Below, in pieces: positions 38,115 to 47,213 of a DNA stretch of 64,000 bases (the stretch's first letter is position 1; every line of letters begins with the position of its first letter). This DNA comes from Candidatus Omnitrophota bacterium. GTDB taxonomy: Bacteria > Omnitrophota > Omnitrophia > Omnitrophales > JACROU01. The position numbers and the translations under genes are program-made. The DNA lies in assembly GCA_016214265.1 (NCBI GenBank), contig JACROU010000049.1:9589-73588 (forward strand). Direction: 5' to 3'. The notes under the pieces were generated by a model. That model had not been told where the DNA came from. It was given only the letters and a program-made list of their open reading frames with translations, and made no database searches.

Positions 38115-38682
38115 TCTGAAGTTTGCGGATCCAAAAGAAGCGAAATTCATCGCGATGACGGGAGGTATTGTCCTTGTCGCGCTTCTGATCGGGGTTGTGC
38201 CGAATATTTATCAGCTTTTCCATGTCACGTCAAAAATAACTCAAATGAAATCGAAGTCGCGAATTGCAGAGGAAAAAATTAAAAATCTACCACAACTCAG
38301 AAATAAGTTAAAAGCATACGTTTCTCAAATCGACGAACTTGAAGAGCAGTTTTTTGATGTGGATCAGGTTGCCGAACTGATTGGAATGATTTCAGAATTA
38401 GCGAAGGAATCCGGGGTGATCATTCTTTCATCCAAGCAGTTCGAATATAAAGGAAACGATGTTGTTGCCAAGAATCCATTTTATAAACCTATCTTGTTGA
38501 AGCTCGAGCTAGAGGGTCGCTATCACAATTTTGGTAAATTCGTGAATTTGCTGGAGCGGCATTCCAAACTAATCCTTCTTTCGGAGATGAGCATTGAACA
38601 GTCGGAAAAGAAAAAAGATGCACTTGCGATTGAGCTGAGTATTCTGACCTTTTTGAAAGTGGGGCGGGAGGTTTCATCATGA
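38080..38682 (+). CDS. pilO: type IV pilus assembly protein PilO-like
   Basis: 200 aa. Single N-terminal TM (IAMTGGIVLVALLIGVV), a coiled-coil segment and a periplasmic domain. Position between pilN and pilP. The start is uncertain because of overlap with pilN. Confidence 0.55.
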   Translation: MKVFGININLPDLKFADPKEAKFIAMTGGIVLVALLIGVVPNIYQLFHVTSKITQMKSKSRIAEEKIKNLPQLRNKLKAYVSQIDELEEQFFDVDQVAELIGMISELAKESGVIILSSKQFEYKGNDVVAKNPFYKPILLKLELEGRYHNFGKFVNLLERHSKLILLSEMSIEQSEKKKDALAIELSILTFLKVGREVSS

Positions 38683-39032
38683 AAAAGATTCTGCTTGTGC
38701 TGGTTATATTGTCCGGAGCGTTTATTCAGGGGCAATTTTTGATAGCTTCACAGGATGGATTTTTGTATGATAGCCATAAGCATCGTGATCCTTTTGTCCC
38801 TTTGATAGGCCCCGGAGCTCAGGCTGGCGATCAACCAGATCTTTCAGTATCGAGCATTAAGCTAGAAGGTATTGTGGTCGATCCTAAACAAGGCTCGTTT
38901 GTCATGGTTGATGGCGAGGTTTATGAGGAAGGGCACAAGATCGGTCCTTATTTGATTGAAAAAATTGAAGCAAAACGGGTAATTTTGAAATATAATAAAG
39001 AACATTACGAGCTGCGTTTAAGCGAAGATTAA
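38679..39032 (+). CDS. pilP: PilP-like small periplasmic pilus protein
   Basis: 117 aa. Signal/lipobox-like N-terminus MKKILLVLVILSGAF, conserved RDPFVPL motif and a beta-rich C-terminus. Position immediately before the secretin. Confidence 0.5.
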   Translation: MKKILLVLVILSGAFIQGQFLIASQDGFLYDSHKHRDPFVPLIGPGAQAGDQPDLSVSSIKLEGIVVDPKQGSFVMVDGEVYEEGHKIGPYLIEKIEAKRVILKYNKEHYELRLSED

Positions 39033-39071
39033 TTATCCGTAACCTCATAAGTATCCACAATTAAGGATTGC

Positions 39072-40565
39072 ATGAAGCAAATTATATCCTTGATGTTAGC
39101 TCTTTTAATGACGGTTCCCGCATACGCTCAGACTCTCGTACGGGCGCAGGATCCCACACCCGCTGTCGACTCAGGTAAAGACAAGGCAACTGTTGCTAGC
39201 CAAGATAATCTTCCTCCTGGAAATGTTAATCTTGATTTTAAAGAAGCGGATATCAAAAACGTGCTTCGCGTGATTGCTCTGAAGGGCGGGGTGAATATTG
39301 TCGCTGGTCCCGAGGTGGCGGGAACGGTAACAGTCCGACTTCAAAATGTTCCGTGGGAAAAGGCTTTAGAAGTAGTGCTTAAAACTTACGGGTACGTATT
39401 TGAACGTGACGGAAATGTGGTGCGTGTGACTACAAAAGACAAAGTGGCTCAGGAAGAATTGGAAACGAAGACATTTTTCTTGAATTACTCGACGGCAACA
39501 GAAGTTATGGATTCGATTTCAGAATTGTTGTCAGATCGCGGAAAAGTAAAAGCGAATGTTCGGACGAATACTATTATCGTGACGGATGTGGCCGCCAATC
39601 TTTACAAAATTTCGCAAGTGGTTGCGAATTTGGATCGACGGACGCCGCAGGCTTATATCGATTCGAAAATTATTAATACGCAGCTTGATAAGTCGGAGAA
39701 TTTGGGAATAAATTGGAATGTTGCCGGAACTCTACAGGGTGCGGCCGTGCCAACGACGTTTCCGTTTGATTCGGGAAGAGGAACGCCGTTGGGAGGTGCT
39801 GGAGGGTCGTTTTTTCCTATTTTACAACCTGGAGGAACACCGATTCCCAATCCGACAAATCCGCGAGCATTTCCTCAATTGGCTGTAGCTACGGCAAATG
39901 TTGCAAGCGAAACTTATACTCTTGGAACTTTGAGTTTGGCAGCTTTTGCAGCAACACTGAATTTGTTAAGGACGCGAACGAACACAAAGATTGTTTCAAA
40001 TCCGCGTATTGTCGTTTTAAATAATCAAACAGCAAAGGTGCAGGTAGGGCAGGAAATTTACATTCCACATTTTGAATTAAATGAACAAACAGGTGCTTAT
40101 GTAATTAATGATTTTGAACATAAAGATATCGGGGTGGTCATGAATGTGACTCCCCATATTAATACTGCGGAAGAAATCATGGTTGAAGTTAAACCAGAAG
40201 TGAGTACGCAGGGACCCAACGTGGTTTACACCCCAACATTGAGCGCTCCCACATTCAACAAAACGGTTGCATCAACTCAAGTGTTGATTCGAGATGGCGA
40301 GACGATTGCGATTGGGGGATTGATGACAGATAATCGTGCATCAACGTATACGCGGGTTCCTTTTTTTGGTGATCTTCCATGGGTGGGTAATGTATTCAGG
40401 GCAAAACGGGAAACAGCTGATGCCACTAACAGAAAGGCAGAAACCCTTTTCTTTGTCACAGTAGGCATTATAGATACAGAAGGACAGCTTACTCGTGAAA
40501 CATTACATCCCCAATTAGATCAAGTTGCAGGTGCTGCCGTTACTGGAGCAAAGGCAACTTCGTAA
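39072..40565 (+). CDS. pilQ: type IV pilus secretin PilQ (GspD family)
   Basis: 497 aa. Signal peptide ending AYAQ, N0/secretin-N domain (NVLRVIALKGGVNIVAGPEV), and the secretin C-domain (TKIVSNPRIVVLNNQTAKVQVGQEI...LIRDGETIAIGGL...VPFFGDLPWVGNVFR). Confidence 0.8.
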   Translation: MKQIISLMLALLMTVPAYAQTLVRAQDPTPAVDSGKDKATVASQDNLPPGNVNLDFKEADIKNVLRVIALKGGVNIVAGPEVAGTVTVRLQNVPWEKALEVVLKTYGYVFERDGNVVRVTTKDKVAQEELETKTFFLNYSTATEVMDSISELLSDRGKVKANVRTNTIIVTDVAANLYKISQVVANLDRRTPQAYIDSKIINTQLDKSENLGINWNVAGTLQGAAVPTTFPFDSGRGTPLGGAGGSFFPILQPGGTPIPNPTNPRAFPQLAVATANVASETYTLGTLSLAAFAATLNLLRTRTNTKIVSNPRIVVLNNQTAKVQVGQEIYIPHFELNEQTGAYVINDFEHKDIGVVMNVTPHINTAEEIMVEVKPEVSTQGPNVVYTPTLSAPTFNKTVASTQVLIRDGETIAIGGLMTDNRASTYTRVPFFGDLPWVGNVFRAKRETADATNRKAETLFFVTVGIIDTEGQLTRETLHPQLDQVAGAAVTGAKATS

Positions 40566-40592
40566 TTCACTTCCTCTCAAGGTTCATTTGTT

Positions 40593-40629
40593 GCTGAATC
40601 TTGTCTAATTTCTTCAGCCAATTTTTATT
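40593..40629 (+). terminator. weak candidate terminator after pilQ
   Basis: 6-bp stem GCTGAA (40593-40598) / TTCAGC (40613-40618) with a 14-nt loop, followed by AATTTTTATT. Low stability. Confidence 0.3.
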
Positions 40630-40668
40630 ATCAGTCTCATTACATCTAAAAAAAGGAATTCCATTACC

Positions 40669-42249
40669 ATGAAACGTGAAATTTTAATTAGTCTCGAAGC
40701 CAACGAAAAGCGTGTGGCGATTCTCGAGAATGGCCAGCTCGAGGAATTTTTTATCGAGCGTGCCGATCAAAAATATATGCTGGGTAATATTTACAAAGGG
40801 ACGGTGCGTACCATCGTTCCCGGAATCGAGGCGGCATTTATCAATATTGGCTCCGAAAAGGACGGTTTTCTTTACGTCACCGATGCGGTACGGAATCCTC
40901 TGGATGCCGAGGAAGAACCCGGCGAAGTGGAGGGAGACGATGAAATCGAGGAAGTCCGCAAGCCCGCGAGGCGTCAACATCATTCCCGCGTCAAAATTAA
41001 TGAACTCTTGAAAGAAGGCCAGGAAGTCATTGTACAGGTAGTCAAAGAGCCTATTCGAACCAAGGGGCCGCGCTTGACTACTTTCTTTTCATTTCCTGCG
41101 CGCTATCTGGTGATGATGCCTGGCGAGCGTCGTTTGGGCTTGAGTCGACGCATTAACGAGCCCAAGGAACGAGAGCGCATCCGAGCTATTTTTAACCGCA
41201 TGGATATCCCTGAAGATGTTGGTTTTATTGTGCGAACTGCTGCGGAAGGCAAGGCCGATAAAGAGTTTGAGCGCGATATCAAATATCTTTTGGGAATTTG
41301 GTCTCAGTTAAAAAAAGATATCAATACCAAGCCAGCTCCTTCTTTGATTCATGAAGAGCTGGATCTGGTCGAGCGAATTATCCGTGACTCTTTCACGGAA
41401 GAGACTGCTTCAATTATTGTCGATGATCGCCACATTTTTAGCAGTATTCAGAATTTTCTGAAGGTGTACATGCCTGATGAGCATGTCAATCTTCAGATGT
41501 ATCATGACCGGGTTCCGCTTTTTGAGAAATTTAATATCGAAAAAGAAATCGAGAAGACGTTTCAAAAAAACGTTTATTTAAAATCTGGCGGTCATTTGGT
41601 GATTGAACAAACCGAGAGTTTGGTGGCTATTGACGTCAATACCGGTAAGTTTACGGGACGTCATAATCTTGAGGAGACGGTGTATCGGACGAACTGCGAA
41701 GCGGCCCGTGAAATTGCGCGGCAGTTGCGGCTTCGCGATATCGGAGGCATTATCATTGCCGACTTTATCGACATGGAGGAGGAAGAACATCGGCGCAGTG
41801 TGCTTAGGATTTTTAAAGATGCTGTTCGCCGTGACCGTGCCAAAACGAATATTCTTAAAATTTCGGAACTTGGCTTAGTCGAGATGACGCGGCAACGGGT
41901 GCGCCCGTCGCATGAAAGCGCTCTTTATCAACCTTGTCCGCATTGCGGCGGGAAGGGCGTTGTGAAATCGGTGACGACGATGCTTATTCAAGCAATCAAG
42001 CAAATCCGCAAAGCGCTCAGTGACTCCAAGCGGAAAACCTTGGAGGTTTCTGTCCATCCTGACGTTGCAGAACGGTTGCTTGTCCAGGAAAAGCGTATTA
42101 TCAAGAATTTTGAGCATCAATATCAGAGTCGAATTATCATTATGGCTAATCCCGCGCTTCACGTTGAAGACATTCGCATCAATATTGGAAAGGCGCCGGA
42201 ACGCATGGGTGGAATCATGTCAATTTTCGGGGGGAAGAAGAAGCAATAG
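40669..42249 (+). CDS. rng: ribonuclease G / RNase E family endoribonuclease
   Basis: 526 aa. S1 domain at the N-terminus (MLGNIYKGTVRTIVPGIEAAFINIG), DNase I-like region, catalytic VAIDVNTGKF, and a Zn-link CPHCGGKG. Confidence 0.85.
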   Translation: MKREILISLEANEKRVAILENGQLEEFFIERADQKYMLGNIYKGTVRTIVPGIEAAFINIGSEKDGFLYVTDAVRNPLDAEEEPGEVEGDDEIEEVRKPARRQHHSRVKINELLKEGQEVIVQVVKEPIRTKGPRLTTFFSFPARYLVMMPGERRLGLSRRINEPKERERIRAIFNRMDIPEDVGFIVRTAAEGKADKEFERDIKYLLGIWSQLKKDINTKPAPSLIHEELDLVERIIRDSFTEETASIIVDDRHIFSSIQNFLKVYMPDEHVNLQMYHDRVPLFEKFNIEKEIEKTFQKNVYLKSGGHLVIEQTESLVAIDVNTGKFTGRHNLEETVYRTNCEAAREIARQLRLRDIGGIIIADFIDMEEEEHRRSVLRIFKDAVRRDRAKTNILKISELGLVEMTRQRVRPSHESALYQPCPHCGGKGVVKSVTTMLIQAIKQIRKALSDSKRKTLEVSVHPDVAERLLVQEKRIIKNFEHQYQSRIIIMANPALHVEDIRINIGKAPERMGGIMSIFGGKKKQ

Positions 42250-42606
42250 CTTAGGGCCGTATAATTTGCTTTTTCTCAAAGGCTCCAAATCGGAATCGTG
42301 GGCTAGATGTTCGAAGTCTTCATAGCCGAGTTTTACAGCTTTTTTTACGGCTATGTAAGCTTTTTTTAACTGTCCCGTCAGACTATAACTGCATGCTAAA
42401 TTGTAAAAAATAGTGTCATCTTCAGGGCATAATGTCGCAAGCCGCTCATCGAGTAACAACCCCTTTTTGATTTCTCCTACTTTTGTGTAAAGATCGGCCA
42501 GGGCAATTAGTGCGTCGGTATAATGCGGTTTTTCTGTCAAAAGCGTTTCAAATAGGTTGATTTCAAAGTGAATTTGCTCATTGAGTTTTGATCGTGATGT
42601 GGCCAT
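42220..42606 (-). CDS. small tetratricopeptide-repeat protein
   Basis: 128 aa on the minus strand. Helical TPR-like repeats (YTDALIALADLYTKVGEIKKG, IFYNLACSYSLTGQLKKAYIAVKKAV). Its 3' end overlaps the rng 3' end by 30 nt (convergent). Confidence 0.5.
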   Translation of the reverse strand: MATSRSKLNEQIHFEINLFETLLTEKPHYTDALIALADLYTKVGEIKKGLLLDERLATLCPEDDTIFYNLACSYSLTGQLKKAYIAVKKAVKLGYEDFEHLAHDSDLEPLRKSKLYGPKLLLLLPPEN

Positions 42607-42674
42607 AAAGTTCTCATCCTAACATGAAAATTGTTATATAATGCTGCAAAATTTTACACGAAAGGTGCTCTCAT

Positions 42675-43691
42675 TTGGAATATCTTCTATTTGTGGTCCT
42701 GTTTCTCCTGGGGATTTACTTTTTTTACGTCATGAGCCGGAATTTGCAAAATGACGTGAAAAGTCTGACTCAGGAAATAACCTCCTCGTTAAAGGATCAA
42801 AACCAGCTCCTCAACGAAACACAGCGGCATTTGGGAGACCGTCTGGATGGCGCAGCGCGCGTTGTAGGCGAGGTTCAGAACCGGCTTGGGCGTATGGAGC
42901 AGGCAAGCCAGCAGATTTTTGATTTGGGTAAGGATATCCGTCAGCTTGAAAATATTTTAAGAGCGCCGAAGCTTCGCGGTGTTTGGAGTGAACTATTTTT
43001 GGATGAACTGATCGCTCAGGTGGTTCCGAAGGAAAATTATATTCTTCAGTATGCGTTTAAAAACGGCGTGAAGGTTGATGCGGTTCTAACGTTGCAAGAA
43101 GGCCTTGTTCCCATAGATGCCAAGTTTCCACTCGAGAACTTCAAACGAATTTTGGAAAGTCAAGATGATGACGAGCGCCGACAGCTTAAAACGGCATTTG
43201 CTAATAACGTTAAGAAACATATCGATGATATTCATGACAAATACATTCTTCCCAAGGAAGGGACGTTTGATTTTGCTCTGATGTATATTCCTGCAGAAAA
43301 CGTTTATTACGAGATTATGTCCGGTCGTGACGAAGTGATAGGTGCCAAGGGGCTTGCCGAGTACGCCCGGTCCAAAAAAGTGATCGCGGTTTCGCCAAGC
43401 ACATTTTTTTCTTACCTTCAGACGATATTGCTTGGATTGAAAGGCATGCGTATCGAGCAAAGCGCCCGCGAAGTGCTGGAGCATTTGACGCGCCTGAAAA
43501 TAGATTTCTCAAAATTTACTGATGATTTCCGGGTTTTAGGGAATCACTTGAAAAATGTTCGTTCGACTTATGACCGCTGTGAAAAATTGATGGGCCGGGT
43601 GGATGAAGGCCTGTCGATTGCCGATCAAGGTGAAAAGGCCCTCCAACTTGAAAAAACAAAAGGGAAGGTTTCTGATGAAGAACTTGTTTAA
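42675..43691 (+). CDS. rmuC: DNA recombination protein RmuC
   Basis: 338 aa, TTG start. N-terminal TM plus a long coiled coil, and the conserved C-terminal RmuC nuclease-like region (DAVLTLQEGLVPIDAKFPLENF...YILPKEGTFDFALMYIPAENVYYE). Confidence 0.8.
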   Translation: MEYLLFVVLFLLGIYFFYVMSRNLQNDVKSLTQEITSSLKDQNQLLNETQRHLGDRLDGAARVVGEVQNRLGRMEQASQQIFDLGKDIRQLENILRAPKLRGVWSELFLDELIAQVVPKENYILQYAFKNGVKVDAVLTLQEGLVPIDAKFPLENFKRILESQDDDERRQLKTAFANNVKKHIDDIHDKYILPKEGTFDFALMYIPAENVYYEIMSGRDEVIGAKGLAEYARSKKVIAVSPSTFFSYLQTILLGLKGMRIEQSAREVLEHLTRLKIDFSKFTDDFRVLGNHLKNVRSTYDRCEKLMGRVDEGLSIADQGEKALQLEKTKGKVSDEELV

Positions 43692-44109
43692 AATCATTTC
43701 TGTCCAATTACTTTTTGTATCTGCACTCGGCATTGTATTTGCCCAGCAGCAAAATGAGGAGCAGCAGCCTGCACCGATTCCAGCGCAAGCGGCTGTCGTA
43801 CAGTCGGCGCAGTCAACGCAAGCGCTGACTCCGACCCCAGTACCATCACCGGTTCAGAAAGATGATAAACGATCTCTGACAGTAATGACGACAGACACGC
43901 CCGGCGTAGACATTGGGAAAAAAGATCTGCTGACAGAAATATTTGCGCCGGTTGGGGATGTGATGTTTGGTTTTATCAAAACATCTTCAGATGTTGTGGG
44001 TGGCGCGTGCCAGGGATGTGTGGATGCTTTCGAGGGAACCATGAAGTTTTTGCTGACGCCATTCGGTTTTAAGCCAGAGCATAGTGAAAAAAGGGTTTTG
44101 TTTTCATAA
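43675..44109 (+). CDS. hypothetical secreted protein
   Basis: ATG at 43675 gives MKNLFKIISVQLLFVSALGIVFAQQ (signal peptide), then a Q/P/A-rich linker and a C-terminal Cys pair (GGACQGC). The 43603 start lies inside rmuC. Confidence 0.45.
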   Translation: MKNLFKIISVQLLFVSALGIVFAQQQNEEQQPAPIPAQAAVVQSAQSTQALTPTPVPSPVQKDDKRSLTVMTTDTPGVDIGKKDLLTEIFAPVGDVMFGFIKTSSDVVGGACQGCVDAFEGTMKFLLTPFGFKPEHSEKRVLFS

Positions 44110-44124
44110 GCTAACGGATCCTGA

Positions 44125-44544
44125 TTGATTATGAAATTTCATACCGAATATCTTTGGTTCCAAACCAAAGAACCACGGGACTATATCAATATCACTTCCC
44201 AAATTGAGGAAATTATTCGCAGTAGTAAGATTCAGGAAGGGATGGTGCTCGTCTCAGCGATGCACATCACGGCCGGGGTTTATGTTAATGATGCTGAAGA
44301 CGGACTGATTCACGACATTGACCAGTGGCTTGAGAAACTATGTCCGTTCAAAAAAGATTATCGTCATCATCAAACCGGTGAAACGAATGGCGATGCGCAT
44401 CTGAAAAGTCTTTTAATTCATCACGAAATTATCGCTCCCATCACAAAAGGGCGCATCGATTTTGGCGCGTGGCAGCAGATTTATTATGCCGAGTTCGACG
44501 GCCAGAGAAAGAAACGCGTTATCGTCAAGGTGATGGGAGAGTAA
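44125..44544 (+). CDS. yjbQ: YjbQ family protein (UPF0047, secondary thiamine-phosphate synthase-like)
   Basis: 139 aa. [27 protein letters not shown]...[21 protein letters not shown] matches the YjbQ signature. Confidence 0.75.
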   Translation: MIMKFHTEYLWFQTKEPRDYINITSQIEEIIRSSKIQEGMVLVSAMHITAGVYVNDAEDGLIHDIDQWLEKLCPFKKDYRHHQTGETNGDAHLKSLLIHHEIIAPITKGRIDFGAWQQIYYAEFDGQRKKRVIVKVMGE

Positions 44545-44546
44545 TC

Positions 44547-45179
44547 GTGGTGCAATTCGATCTTTTCGAAGGTTCTGTCAATCAAATCCTTACGGCTTCT
44601 ACATATTTAAAATTCAAGAAACTTTTGTCCGGATCAGACTGTGAGCGTTGCACACTCTCGCATGCCAGAACGAATATTGTGGTTGACCGTGGTAATTCAA
44701 AATCAGAAATTATTTTTATTGGAGAGGCTCCGGGTGAGAAGGAAGACAAGCAGGGGAAGGCGTTTGTTGGCCGTGCCGGAAAACTACTGGATGAGTTTTT
44801 GCTCGAAATCGGGATTCAATCGGACCGGGATATTTTAATTCTTAACGTGGTGAAATGCCGCCCGCCGGAGAATCGGGCCCCGCTTGCGGAGGAGGCTAGC
44901 GCGTGCTCTCCGTTTTTAGCTCGCCAGCTGGTGTTAGTCCAGCCAAAGGTGATCGTGCTCTTGGGGGCTACGGCGTTGAAATATCTGGCTAAGGATAAAA
45001 AAGAGTTCGAGATGCACAAAGAGGTCGGCAAGTTTTTTATGCTTCCGGAATATCCCGGAATCCAGTTTTTCGTAATTTATCATCCCGCCTATCTTTTATA
45101 TGACCCGCGCAAAAAAGAAGTGTTTCGGAACCATTTGGCAAGGTTTAAACAATATTTGACGGATCGGAGGTTGTTATGA
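44547..45179 (+). CDS. udg: uracil-DNA glycosylase, family 4
   Basis: GTG start at 44547, since the upstream part of the track ORF overlaps yjbQ. CERCTLSHARTNIVVDRGN...IIFIGEAPGEKEDKQGKAFVGRAGKLLDEFL and HPAYLL motifs of family-4 UDGs with Fe-S cysteines. Confidence 0.75.
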   Translation: MVQFDLFEGSVNQILTASTYLKFKKLLSGSDCERCTLSHARTNIVVDRGNSKSEIIFIGEAPGEKEDKQGKAFVGRAGKLLDEFLLEIGIQSDRDILILNVVKCRPPENRAPLAEEASACSPFLARQLVLVQPKVIVLLGATALKYLAKDKKEFEMHKEVGKFFMLPEYPGIQFFVIYHPAYLLYDPRKKEVFRNHLARFKQYLTDRRLL

Positions 45180-46894
45180 CCACAAACTTGACAATCGCTC
45201 AAATATTCAACGATATCGCTGAGCTTTTAGAGCTCAAAGAAGAAAATCCGTTTAAGATCCGCGCCTACCGGAATGGGGCCCAAACGCTTGAGAATTTGAC
45301 AGAGGATGTTCACGAAGTTGCGCGACGTGAGGAACTTACCAAGTTGCCGGGAATTGGCAAGGATTTATCCGAGAAGATCAAAGAATTTTTGACCGCGCAC
45401 AAAATCAAATACTATGATCAGCTCAAAAAAGAAATCCCGCAGGTGCTTATAGATATGAAGAGTATTCCGGGAATCGGCCCCAAAAAGGCGCTGCTGTTGC
45501 ATAAAAAACTGAAAATCAAAAATTTGGGAGAGCTTGAGAAAAAATGTTCTGAACATAAATTGCAGACCTTGCCAGGCATTCGGGCTAAAACAGAAGAAAA
45601 TATTTTGAAGGGCCTCGAATTTCTAAAAAAATCCGAAGGCCGGTTTTCTCTGGAAAACGGAGTCCCGTTGGCGGATGAAATTATCAGAGCACTCAAAAAA
45701 CTGAAAGAGGTAAAGCGGATTTCAGTCGCGGGCAGTGTGCGGCGACGAAAAGATACGATTCATGATGTGGACATACTGGTTACCGCTCAAAATTCCGCTA
45801 AGGTGATGGAAACTTTCGTCGGACTTCCGGTTGTTTCGGATGTGATTGCCGAAGGCGATACCAAGTCGAGCATTCGCACAATCAATGGTTTGCAGGCGGA
45901 TTTGCGTGTGGTTGATCCCGCGGCTTATGGAGCTTGTCTCCTTTATTTTACGGGTTCAAAAGCGCATAACATCCGCATCCGGGACATTGCTAAGAAAAAG
46001 GGGTACAAACTTAACGAGTACGGACTTTTTAGCGAAAAAAACGACAAACTTATCGCCAGCAAGAGTGAGGAGGAAATCTATAAAATTTTAGGGATGGAAT
46101 GCGTGCCGCCTGAGCTTCGGGAAGATCACGGGGAAGTTGAAGTTGCGCTCAAACACGCACTTCCGCATCTTGTAACCGAGAAACAAATTAGGGGCGATTT
46201 CCATTCACACACTAACGAAAGTGATGGTGAGAATACACTCGAGGAGATGGCGGAATCGGCAAGGAAACATGGGTTGGAATATTTGGTGGTGACCGATCAT
46301 TCTAAGTCGCTCACGGTAGCAAATGGACTGACGGAAAAAAGGCTTATGGCTCGCGTTGAGGCGATTCGCAAGCTCAACAAGAAATTAAAGGGATTGACGC
46401 TTTTGACCGGTTCTGAGGTCGATATTTTAGCGGACGGAGTGCTGGATTATTCGGACGATGTGTTGAAGGAGTTGGATTTTGTGGTTGCTTCGATTCATAG
46501 CGGATTTAAGCAACCCCGCGAAAAAATGACTCAGCGGATTCTGAAGGCGATGGATAACAAATACGTCAATCTGATTGGGCATCCGACAGGACGACTAATC
46601 GGTATCCGCGATGCCTACGACGTCGATGTGGATAAAATGATTCGTCATGCAAAAGCAACGAATACGGCGCTTGAAATTAACGCCCATCCGAAAAGGCTGG
46701 ATTTGAACGAGGTTTATATTCGTCAGTCTGTTGACGCTGGCGTAACCCTGGCTATCGCGACGGATTCGCATGCCGTGAACCAATTTGATAATCTGACGTA
46801 CGGTGTCAGCGAAGCGCGACGAGGATGGTGCGAGTCGAAAAATATTTTGAACACACTGACTCTTGCCGAATTGAGGAAGAAGATCAGAAAATGA
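45176..46894 (+). CDS. polX: DNA polymerase X family protein with C-terminal PHP domain (PolX)
   Basis: 572 aa. N-terminal HhH lyase-like region (IAQIFNDIAELLELKEENPFKIRAYRN), GS-motif nucleotidyltransferase (GSVRRRKDTIHDVDIL), and PHP histidines (DFHSHTNESDG...VVTDH). Confidence 0.85.
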   Translation: MTTNLTIAQIFNDIAELLELKEENPFKIRAYRNGAQTLENLTEDVHEVARREELTKLPGIGKDLSEKIKEFLTAHKIKYYDQLKKEIPQVLIDMKSIPGIGPKKALLLHKKLKIKNLGELEKKCSEHKLQTLPGIRAKTEENILKGLEFLKKSEGRFSLENGVPLADEIIRALKKLKEVKRISVAGSVRRRKDTIHDVDILVTAQNSAKVMETFVGLPVVSDVIAEGDTKSSIRTINGLQADLRVVDPAAYGACLLYFTGSKAHNIRIRDIAKKKGYKLNEYGLFSEKNDKLIASKSEEEIYKILGMECVPPELREDHGEVEVALKHALPHLVTEKQIRGDFHSHTNESDGENTLEEMAESARKHGLEYLVVTDHSKSLTVANGLTEKRLMARVEAIRKLNKKLKGLTLLTGSEVDILADGVLDYSDDVLKELDFVVASIHSGFKQPREKMTQRILKAMDNKYVNLIGHPTGRLIGIRDAYDVDVDKMIRHAKATNTALEINAHPKRLDLNEVYIRQSVDAGVTLAIATDSHAVNQFDNLTYGVSEARRGWCESKNILNTLTLAELRKKIRK

Positions 46895-46918
46895 TTATCA
46901 TCCCGGCAAGAACCGGGA

Positions 46919-47212
46919 ATGGCGGAAAGAATTATGGCACAAGAACGATTGCGATTAGTGATAAGTGGATATGTCCAGGGAGTCTTTTTCCGGGCGCATG
47001 CTGATTCAGAAGCGAAGAAGCTCGGACTTAAGGGATGGGTCCGCAATAGAGCGGATGGAACTGTCGAAATTGTTGCGGAAGGCGAACGAAAAGCTTTAGA
47101 TCGGCTCAAAGAATGGGCGCATCACGGTCCTCCGTCTGCCCGGGTGACAGATGTTAAAGTTAATTATGAGCCGCCAACGGATGAATTTGAAAATTTTTCA
47201 GTGAGATATTGA
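46919..47212 (+). CDS. acyP: acylphosphatase
   Basis: 97 aa. VSGYVQGVFFRAH...GLKGWVRNRADGTVE signature. Confidence 0.8.
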   Translation: MAERIMAQERLRLVISGYVQGVFFRAHADSEAKKLGLKGWVRNRADGTVEIVAEGERKALDRLKEWAHHGPPSARVTDVKVNYEPPTDEFENFSVRY

Positions 47213-47213
47213 T

